Below the pieces are notes generated by a model. It saw nothing but the letters and a program-made list of their open reading frames with translations. It searched no databases and was not told where the DNA came from. Positions 1 through 5,994 of a stretch of DNA of 41,161 nucleotides are shown one piece after another (the stretch's first letter is position 1; the number at the start of each line of letters is the position of its first letter). The stretch is taken from the IMG/VR virus record IMGVR_UViG_3300032218_004113, positions 1 to 41,161 of that record; one strand, given 5' to 3'. Both the position numbers and the translations under genes were made by a program. The stretch comes from a virus. Taxonomy: Duplodnaviria > Caudoviricetes.

Positions 1-22
1 AGGTCTTGTGATCTTTGCGTGC

Positions 23-51
23 AATCTATCACACTTCTCCCAATATGTCAA
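23..51 (-). promoter_or_regulatory. sigma70-type promoter on the minus strand, firing leftward out of the window
   Basis: Minus strand reads TTGACA (51-46), a 17-nt spacer, then TAGATT (28-23), with an extended -10 TG just upstream. Confidence 0.55.
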
Positions 52-126
52 CCCCCCGCGATTATTTCAAAATCCCCACATCCTGCTCATAAAATCCACC
101 AAACCCAGATAAATACTGCCAACCCC

Positions 127-155
127 TTGACACTCACTCCAGAGCATCTTATAAT
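127..155 (+). promoter_or_regulatory. consensus sigma70 (phage early) promoter
   Basis: TTGACA 127-132, 17-nt spacer, TATAAT 150-155; followed by AGGAGA 171-176 and ATG 185. Confidence 0.9.
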
Positions 156-184
156 ACTCTCATATACATCAGGAGACTCCACTT

Positions 185-358
185 ATGTCAGTCGTGTATC
201 ATCAAGCACAGAAGCAGCGTTATAGGGTCACTCTTGAATTGGACGTTCTGAGTGACTTCGATCCTCATAATATGGATTGGGAAAAAGTCTTTCAGTTGGA
301 ACCTGCAGAGACAGTCAGTGCATATGTCGAGGATCTGAGTAGACCTGACCGCTGGTGA
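185..358 (+). CDS. small hypothetical early protein, 57 aa (MSVVYHQAQKQRYRVTLELDVLSDFDPHNMDWEKVFQLEPAETVSAYVEDLSRPDRW)
   Basis: Hand-translated; SD AGGAGA 8 nt before ATG, perfect promoter upstream, TGA at 356-358. Confidence 0.85.
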   Translation: MSVVYHQAQKQRYRVTLELDVLSDFDPHNMDWEKVFQLEPAETVSAYVEDLSRPDRW

Positions 359-381
359 GTGATAGTAACTCTGGGGCCTTG

Positions 382-417
382 AAAGTGTACCTATAGTGTA
401 AGGGTCGCTCACGATCC
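382..417 (+). promoter_or_regulatory. possible -10-only promoter (AAAGTGTACC-TATAGT) followed by a small 5' hairpin
   Basis: TATAGT 392-397 with no TTGACA at 17 nt; hairpin GGGTCG 402-407 / CGATCC 412-417 near the expected start site; ORF begins at 433. Confidence 0.4.
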
Positions 418-432
418 GCCACTCACACTCTC

Positions 433-594
433 ATGCGTTACATTCCGATGTCCCGTTATAGCATTGCTGAGATTGAAAAGCAATGTTTTGATGCCATCAA
501 TCGTCCTGTTCAGTCTACTCCTGCACCAGCACCAGTAGAGTATGGACAGGTACTGCAATTCTATCGCCGCGAGAATACTCTCCGCGCTGCATAG
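433..594 (+). CDS. small hypothetical protein, 53 aa (MRYIPMSRYSIAEIEKQCFDAINRPVQSTPAPAPVEYGQVLQFYRRENTLRAA)
   Basis: Hand-translated ATG 433 to TAG 592-594 (then TAA); fills the gap between neighbours; no clear SD. Confidence 0.65.
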   Translation: MRYIPMSRYSIAEIEKQCFDAINRPVQSTPAPAPVEYGQVLQFYRRENTLRAA

Positions 595-604
595 TAAGCA
601 TCAG

Positions 605-645
605 TGACCCTATGGGCAGAGGGGTCATAAAATATACTCTGCCCA
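605..645 (+). other. intergenic H-type RNA pseudoknot
   Basis: S1 TGACCC 605-610 / GGGTCA 622-627; S2 TGGGCAGAG 613-621 / CTCTGCCCA 637-645; L1 2 nt; A-rich L3 TAAAATATA. Confidence 0.7.
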
Positions 646-678
646 GTCTCACAGTTTCGTTCACTTTTCTTCTTCATT

Positions 679-849
679 ATGTCTAAGTCTGTTGTTCTTT
701 CTCTGCTTGCACAAGGTAACACTGGCAATGAAATCTTGAGCATTCTGGATGCACTCGTTGCCGATAATGTGAGTGGTTTCGATTATATCGAGTCGCCACA
801 GATTGAGGCAGCACTTGGTATTCCTACTCTGGGGGAAGTGGCATTCTGA
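679..849 (+). CDS. small acidic hypothetical protein, 56 aa (MSKSVVLSLLAQGNTGNEILSILDALVADNVSGFDYIESPQIEAALGIPTLGEVAF)
   Basis: Hand-translated ATG 679 to TGA 847-849; pyrimidine-rich leader with no SD. Confidence 0.75.
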   Translation: MSKSVVLSLLAQGNTGNEILSILDALVADNVSGFDYIESPQIEAALGIPTLGEVAF

Positions 850-862
850 TATAACTCACTGC

Positions 863-902
863 GTGCCCTCTGGTTGACACTGGGGGGCACTTATGTTATG
901 AT
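863..902 (+). promoter_or_regulatory. sigma70 promoter whose -35 box sits inside an inverted repeat
   Basis: TTGACA 874-879, 17-nt spacer, TG-n-TATGAT 897-902; GTGCCC 863-868 / GGGCAC 885-890 flank the -35. Confidence 0.8.
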
Positions 903-908
903 GCGTGA

Positions 909-1010
909 ATGATGCGTTTTGGCAGTGTTTTGCGGTTGGGGTTGATGGCGCCTGGGGGGCGTGTTATAAAAAAAGGGTCCTATCCAACCTACAGAGGTGA
1001 CAAAACGCGA
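909..1010 (+). ncRNA. candidate structured non-coding transcript (alternatively a leaderless 40-aa ORF, 909-1031)
   Basis: Starts at the expected TSS of the 874-902 promoter; GCGTTTTG 914-921 pairs with CAAAACGC 1001-1008; GGTTGGG 934-940 with TCCAACC 983-989; CGCC 949-952 with GGCG 958-961. Confidence 0.35.
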
Positions 1011-1029
1011 GCTCAATATCAATCTCAAT

Positions 1030-1219
1030 AAAAAATTTCCGGACCTATGATCAGTCTTCGAAACCCGCGTAGAAGATCTCCTTATTGGAATTTTTGGAGA
1101 GTTATATTAGCAGGTTGGGTTATCCGATATCCCCGCCCATTTTTTAGTGTATTGGGTTTTTGTATTGTTGTGATATATAAAACAGTAATACATTAACTTG
1201 TATTACAAAAAATTTCCGG
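1030..1219 (+). repeat. 13-bp direct repeat AAAAAATTTCCGG, two copies (1030-1042 and 1207-1219)
   Basis: Exact match; each copy lies shortly upstream of a start codon (1047 and 1238). Confidence 0.75.
1047..1196 (+). CDS. small basic, Trp-rich putative membrane protein, 49 aa (MISLRNPRRRSPYWNFWRVILAGWVIRYPRPFFSVLGFCIVVIYKTVIH)
   Basis: Hand-translated ATG 1047 to TAA 1194-1196; hydrophobic C-terminal segment. Confidence 0.6.
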   Translation: MISLRNPRRRSPYWNFWRVILAGWVIRYPRPFFSVLGFCIVVIYKTVIH

Positions 1220-1237
1220 CAATATTTTTACCCCCCT

Positions 1238-1429
1238 ATGGAAAAAGTATATCATATCTACGCAAAAGATAGATGTTTATTACATTCAATTAAAGAAGAA
1301 GAATTTCATACTGCATGGAAGACTTTGAATAATATGGTCGGAGTTATGAAGACTGATTATACAACTGATGATTTGTCATATGAAGAACTCACAGTGAATA
1401 AAGAAATTGCACTAAATTCTTCGCATTGA
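1238..1429 (+). CDS. hypothetical protein, 63 aa
   Basis: ORF track; co-directional and packed with neighbours. Confidence 0.75.
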   Translation: MEKVYHIYAKDRCLLHSIKEEEFHTAWKTLNNMVGVMKTDYTTDDLSYEELTVNKEIALNSSH

Positions 1430-1454
1430 CAAATTCTAAATAGACTGATAAAAT
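1426..1454 (+). promoter_or_regulatory. sigma70 promoter with a late-type CTAAATA inside its spacer
   Basis: TTGACA 1426-1431, 17 nt, TG-n-TAAAAT 1449-1454; CTAAATA 1436-1442. Confidence 0.8.
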
Positions 1455-1478
1455 TGATCTGAAGGTTACTTAAACTTT

Positions 1479-2246
1479 ATGGCAAAAGGATTTACGGTTA
1501 AAGCAGCATCACCATCTATTCCCAAAGAAGAATGGGATTATGATGCAATCAAAGCAAGAATGAAAGGAAAATCAATTGTCTTCTGTCTTCCTGGTAGAGG
1601 ATGTTCATTTATCTTTCTCAAAGCATTTGTACAACTTTGTTTTGATCTTGTACAAAATGGAATGAGTATTCAAATCTCACAAGATTACTCATCAATGGTT
1701 AACTTTGCACGTTGTAAGGTACTTGGTGCAAATGTACTTCGTGGTCCCAAGCAAATTCCTTGGGATGGTAAACTACAATATGATTATCAACTTTGGATTG
1801 ACTCGGATATTGTCTTTGATTCAACCAAGTTCTGGCAACTCTGTGATCTTGCACTGAATGAAGAAGGTGAGGAGAAAGAGATTGTTGCAGGATGGTATGC
1901 AACAGAAGATGGTCACACAACCTCTGTCGCACACTGGTTAGAAGAAGAAGACTTCCGCAAGAATGGTGGAGTGATGAATCATGAAACTGTTGAGTCTATC
2001 TCAAAGCGCAGAAAGCCTTTCACAGTGGATTACACTGGATTTGGTTGGGTACTGATTAAACACGGAGTTTTTGAACGTCTTGAGTATCCTTGGTTTGCTC
2101 CGAAGATGCAAGTCTTTGATTCTGGCAAAGTACAGGATATGTGCGGTGAGGATGTTTCATTCTGTCTTGATGCAAAAGCAGCAGGTATGGTAACATGGTG
2201 TGATCCGCGTATTCGTGTGGGGCATGAAAAAACTCGCGTAATCTAA
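1479..2246 (+). CDS. GT-A fold (GT2-like) glycosyltransferase-like protein
   Basis: DxD motif WIDSDIVF, VNFARC, GFGWVLIK, GEDVSFC acceptor-base motif, C-terminal RVGHEK. Confidence 0.8.
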   Translation: MAKGFTVKAASPSIPKEEWDYDAIKARMKGKSIVFCLPGRGCSFIFLKAFVQLCFDLVQNGMSIQISQDYSSMVNFARCKVLGANVLRGPKQIPWDGKLQYDYQLWIDSDIVFDSTKFWQLCDLALNEEGEEKEIVAGWYATEDGHTTSVAHWLEEEDFRKNGGVMNHETVESISKRRKPFTVDYTGFGWVLIKHGVFERLEYPWFAPKMQVFDSGKVQDMCGEDVSFCLDAKAAGMVTWCDPRIRVGHEKTRVI

Positions 2247-2404
2247 TGAGACTTTACAATCTTTTATACAAAGGTCGTAAAATTTATTCGAATCTCACTA
2301 TGGAAGACTGTAGTGAGATTCTTCAAGACTTCTCGGAGCGTTTTTACTCGGGTGAAGATATTGATCCTAATGAACTTGAAATGGAGGAAATTTTAAATGG
2401 CTAA
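2246..2404 (+). CDS. small acidic hypothetical protein, 52 aa (MRLYNLLYKGRKIYSNLTMEDCSEILQDFSERFYSGEDIDPNELEMEEILNG)
   Basis: Hand-translated; TAATG overlap with the upstream stop suggests translational coupling. Confidence 0.8.
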   Translation: MRLYNLLYKGRKIYSNLTMEDCSEILQDFSERFYSGEDIDPNELEMEEILNG

Positions 2405-2543
2405 AGCTGGTAGTGGAATGAATAAGGTTCATTTTGAGCCTGGTGTACCAAAGAAGAGCCGTCAAGGGCGATCAACACGTACATTGCTCAGTGCAACCTC
2501 TCGTAATGGACGTAAGAAAAAGTATCGTGGTCAAGGCAAATAA
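2397..2543 (+). CDS. small very basic protein, 48 aa, ending KKKYRGQGK
   Basis: Hand-translated MAKAGSGMNKVHFEPGVPKKSRQGRSTRTLLSATSRNGRKKKYRGQGK; SD GGAGG upstream; overlaps previous stop. Confidence 0.85.
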   Translation: MAKAGSGMNKVHFEPGVPKKSRQGRSTRTLLSATSRNGRKKKYRGQGK

Positions 2544-2753
2544 ATGCTTCAATTAAATCCTACAATCCCAGTTCTTACTCCAAAGGGTAAGGGTTGGGCA
2601 TTTTTTTGTATTGATCGTTCACAAGAACACGATCTTGAATGGGTTGTGTTTCTAGATAGTAATGGAGAATGTTGGACTTTCAAAAACTCTGATATTCGTA
2701 TACAAAAGAATTTTACTCTTCATCGCAATGTATTACATAGATTCTCAAGATGA
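2544..2753 (+). CDS. hypothetical protein, 69 aa (small beta-rich, SH3-like pattern)
   Basis: ATG directly after previous TAA; Trp-containing beta-strand pattern. Confidence 0.75.
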   Translation: MLQLNPTIPVLTPKGKGWAFFCIDRSQEHDLEWVVFLDSNGECWTFKNSDIRIQKNFTLHRNVLHRFSR

Positions 2754-3360
2754 ATGGAATTCAATTCATAATGAAGATCTATGGGTATATAACAAACTGC
2801 TCTTAAATCATCGTCTAGGGCATCTGTGTGGACCTGTAGGGTGCCCCGTTCCATATTCAGGGGATTATATCGTCCGTCCAAGTATTAATTTACTTGGTAT
2901 GGGTCGATTTTCTCGTATAGAGAGAATTGAAAAATATACAGATCACTTTCATCCAGCAGAATTTTGGTGTGAGATTTTTGAAGGAGATCATATAAGTGTT
3001 GATTTTCAAAATAAAGAATCAAAATTGGTTGTAATTGGAGAAAGAAACGCTGATAGTCCGCTATATAAATGGAAAAAATGGACTCGTATAGATCAGAACA
3101 TACAATTTCCAAAAATTTTAGACAATCTAAAAGGTCATTATGAATGGATTAACTGTGAATTTATAGGGGAACACCTCATTGAAGTGCATTTTAGGCAAAA
3201 TCCAGACTTTCGTTATGGCAATTCTATTGCAATTCCCGTTTGGAAAGGTGATAGACCACAAAAAATGGGAGATTTAACGTTCATTGATGACAAAGACTAC
3301 TTGAGAAGAGGATTTTTTATCGATAAACGGGATAGCAACCCCGTAAAAAGTTCTGATTAA
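2728..3360 (+). CDS. ATP-grasp-fold-like protein (probable start ATG 2728, 210 aa)
   Basis: Motif order YIVRP..GMG / WCEIFEG.HISVD / INCEF...LIEVHFR mirrors the ATP-grasp pattern KP..G.G / E.fi.G.e.svd / E......E.N.R; the 2662 start overlaps the upstream gene extensively. Confidence 0.6.
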   Translation: MYYIDSQDEWNSIHNEDLWVYNKLLLNHRLGHLCGPVGCPVPYSGDYIVRPSINLLGMGRFSRIERIEKYTDHFHPAEFWCEIFEGDHISVDFQNKESKLVVIGERNADSPLYKWKKWTRIDQNIQFPKILDNLKGHYEWINCEFIGEHLIEVHFRQNPDFRYGNSIAIPVWKGDRPQKMGDLTFIDDKDYLRRGFFIDKRDSNPVKSSD

Positions 3361-3372
3361 CAAATCAGGAGC
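3327..3372 (+). promoter_or_regulatory. cis-regulatory RNA structure: small stem/pseudoknot plus SD-occluding hairpin
   Basis: ACGGG 3327-3331 / CCCGT 3340-3344; A5 linker; TTCTGATT 3351-3358 / AATCAGGA 3363-3370 buries the AGGAG SD of ORF 3377. Confidence 0.5.
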
Positions 3373-3376
3373 AAAA

Positions 3377-3628
3377 ATGACTAAAAAAACAGATAAAGAT
3401 TCGAATTATATGCACGAAATGTGGGGTACATCATACTTATCTGGAGAATATGGTTGGGAAAATAAAGTAGAAAAGCAAAAAATGCTTCGTGAAATTGCAA
3501 ATGATGAATTGACTCCCAAAAAACACGATTTTCAAGTTCAAAAAGAACTTCACGAAAAAATTCGTAATGATGATGACTATGATGACTGGGAATATGGCAC
3601 CGAACCCACTCCCTTAACTGAATTTTAG
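3377..3628 (+). CDS. acidic hypothetical protein, 83 aa (DDDYDDWEYG tail)
   Basis: ORF track; AGGAG SD; directly upstream of gp25. Confidence 0.85.
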   Translation: MTKKTDKDSNYMHEMWGTSYLSGEYGWENKVEKQKMLREIANDELTPKKHDFQVQKELHEKIRNDDDYDDWEYGTEPTPLTEF

Positions 3629-3632
3629 TGCA

Positions 3633-3639
3633 ATAAATA
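3633..3639 (+). promoter_or_regulatory. T4-type (gp55-dependent) late promoter
   Basis: ATAAATA 20 nt upstream of gp25. Confidence 0.75.
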
Positions 3640-3659
3640 AGGTAGAATTATAATACTTA

Positions 3660-4061
3660 ATGCCACTAGAGCGAGTAAGTCAAGGTTTCAAAGATATCAG
3701 TATGACTTTTCAGAGCAATCCTCTGAACAGTGATTTGATTGCGCTTAAGAATGAAACTGCGATTTCTCGCTCAATTCGTAATATTGTTTTTACTCTTCCC
3801 GGCGAAAAGTTTTTTAATGAAAACTTTGGATCAAGAGTCAGTAGATCACTTTTTGAGAATGTTGATGAAATTTCTGCATCAATTATTCGTGATGAAATTC
3901 GCAATTCAATTAATAACTACGAACCAAGAGTTCAATTGATTGAAGTACAAACAATTCCCGACTATGATAATGGTTCTTTTGATGTAGTGATTAATTATAG
4001 GATTATTGGTGCCGATGTTCCTGCTCAGCAATTACAATTCGTTCTGCAACCTACTAGGTAA
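3660..4061 (+). CDS. gp25: baseplate wedge subunit gp25
   Basis: FKDIS, AISRSIRNIVFTLPGEKFF..FGS and NYEPRV motifs of the gp25/GPW family; precedes gp6. Confidence 0.93.
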   Translation: MPLERVSQGFKDISMTFQSNPLNSDLIALKNETAISRSIRNIVFTLPGEKFFNENFGSRVSRSLFENVDEISASIIRDEIRNSINNYEPRVQLIEVQTIPDYDNGSFDVVINYRIIGADVPAQQLQFVLQPTR

Positions 4062-5990
4062 ATGCCATTAGTAAACTTTACAAATCTGGACTTTGACCAG
4101 ATCAAGACAACTTTAAGAGATTACTTAAAGTCCAATTCCAATTTTACTGATTATGATTTTGAAGGATCAAATCTTTCAACAATTCTTGATGTTTTGGCAT
4201 ATAATACCTATATTACTTCATATAATGCCAATATGGTGGCAAATGAGGTATTCATTGACAGCGCAACACTTAGAGAAAATGTTGTATCTTTAGCAAGAAA
4301 TATTGGATATATCCCACGATCAAAGAAAGCAGCAAGAGCAACAGTAAGTTTCTTTGTTGATACAACAAACATTACTCCTGCCCCTGCATCATTAACCTTA
4401 AAAAAAGGTCCTGTTGCAAGTACCACAGGTTCTTTTGGCAATCAATCATTTGTATTCTCTATTTTAGAAGATATTACTGTCCCTGTAGTTGATAATATTG
4501 CATCCTTTAATGATATTCAAATTTATGAAGGCATTTTATTAAATACTAACTTCACTTATAGTGCAAGAAATCCAAATCAAAGATTTATTCTTCCAAATAG
4601 TGGAATTGATACTGATCTAATCTCAGTATTGGTTAAAACCAATTCATCTACAGCAACTGTTTCAGTAAAATATAATCTTCAAGACAGTTTATTTGGAATT
4701 GATGGAGAATCTGAGGTTTATTTTTTACAAGAAATTGAAGATGAGAGATATGAATTGATCTTTGGTGACGGTGTTTTTGGAAAAGCACTTCAAGAAGGTT
4801 ACTATATCGAAACCTCATATATTGTAACTAATGGCGATAGTGGAAATGGTATTGGGCAGTTTAGTTTTTCTGGAAGATTAACCTATACAAGAAATTCTGT
4901 GGAGTATGTTGTTTCCTCAGGAATTTCTCTTTTGACGACTGGTTTAACTTCGATTGGTGGAGAAAGTATAGAAGGAGTCGAATCGATTAAAAAATATGCT
5001 CCCAGAATCTATGCATCTCAAAATAGAGCATTGACTGCAAATGATTATGAGACTTTGATTCCTGCAAAAATCTATCCAGAAACAGAATCCATCTCGGTAT
5101 TTGGAGGAGAGGAAGTAGTTCCTCCACAATATGGAAAGGTTTTTATCAGTATTAAACCAAGAACTGGCGATTTTATTCCAAACTTGATTAAAGAAAATAT
5201 TAAAATGAAATTGAAGAAATATGCTGTTGCAGGTATTGTTCCAGAAATTTTAGATTTAAAATATCTTTATCTCGAAATAGATTCAAAGGTTTATTATAAT
5301 ACAAATCTTGCACCAAATTCAGCATATGTTTCTAGCATAATTCAATCAAATGCAAATAAGTATGCAGAATCAACTGAGTTAAATAAGTATGGAGCAAGAT
5401 TTAAGTATAGTAAATTCTTGAAAATCATTGATGATAGTCATGCTTCTGTTACATCAAATATTACTAAGGTTCAAATGAGAAGGGATCTTAGAGTTGCATT
5501 AAATAGTTTGGCAGAATATTCAATTGGATTTGGAAATCAATTCCATATTAAGAGTATGGATGGATATAATATTAAATCTTCTACATTTAGAGTAAGTGGA
5601 ATTTTGGAAGATGTTTATCTGTCCGATATACCAGATACAAATAGAAAAACTGGATCCATATTCCTGTTTACTGTACCATCAACATCATCATTGAGTCCGA
5701 CAATTCTAAGAAGAGGTGTTGGAAAAATTGATTATACTAATGGCATTATTACATTAAATCCAATTAATATTACTTCTGCCAAAATCAAAGACGGTCAGTC
5801 AATTGTAGAAATTTCCGTCACTCCTCAATCAAATGATGTGATTGGATTACAGGATTTATATTTGCAACTAGATATTAATAACAGTATATTTGAAATGGTT
5901 ATTGATGAAGTTTCATCGGGTCTTGACCCATCCGCATCAAACTATATTGTAACATCAAGCTACACCAACGGGAACTTAGTAAGATCATAA
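4062..5990 (+). CDS. gp6: baseplate wedge subunit gp6
   Basis: LDFDQIK..L, FTDYDFEGSNLSTILDVLAYNT, FGDGVFG, QNRALTANDY, YGKVFISIKP. Confidence 0.95.
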   Translation: MPLVNFTNLDFDQIKTTLRDYLKSNSNFTDYDFEGSNLSTILDVLAYNTYITSYNANMVANEVFIDSATLRENVVSLARNIGYIPRSKKAARATVSFFVDTTNITPAPASLTLKKGPVASTTGSFGNQSFVFSILEDITVPVVDNIASFNDIQIYEGILLNTNFTYSARNPNQRFILPNSGIDTDLISVLVKTNSSTATVSVKYNLQDSLFGIDGESEVYFLQEIEDERYELIFGDGVFGKALQEGYYIETSYIVTNGDSGNGIGQFSFSGRLTYTRNSVEYVVSSGISLLTTGLTSIGGESIEGVESIKKYAPRIYASQNRALTANDYETLIPAKIYPETESISVFGGEEVVPPQYGKVFISIKPRTGDFIPNLIKENIKMKLKKYAVAGIVPEILDLKYLYLEIDSKVYYNTNLAPNSAYVSSIIQSNANKYAESTELNKYGARFKYSKFLKIIDDSHASVTSNITKVQMRRDLRVALNSLAEYSIGFGNQFHIKSMDGYNIKSSTFRVSGILEDVYLSDIPDTNRKTGSIFLFTVPSTSSLSPTILRRGVGKIDYTNGIITLNPINITSAKIKDGQSIVEISVTPQSNDVIGLQDLYLQLDINNSIFEMVIDEVSSGLDPSASNYIVTSSYTNGNLVRS

Positions 5991-5994
5991 TCAA

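Noticed and set aside
592-679. Stop-codon readthrough stimulated by the pseudoknot, fusing ORF 433 to the in-frame ORF 679
   Set aside because: Double stop TAG-TAA plus another in-frame TAA at 628-630
19-743. ORF-track calls 19..225 (+), 188..412 (-) and 561..743 (-)
   Set aside because: They overlap promoters and better-supported short + strand ORFs (185-358, 433-594, 679-849)
2662-2727. Longer N-terminus for the ATP-grasp-like ORF
   Set aside because: It overlaps ORF 2544-2753 by about 90 nt; ATG 2728 gives a more typical short overlap
3327-3355. preQ1-I riboswitch call
   Set aside because: Topology is similar, but the characteristic loop and 3' consensus nucleotides are missing; kept only as an unnamed structure
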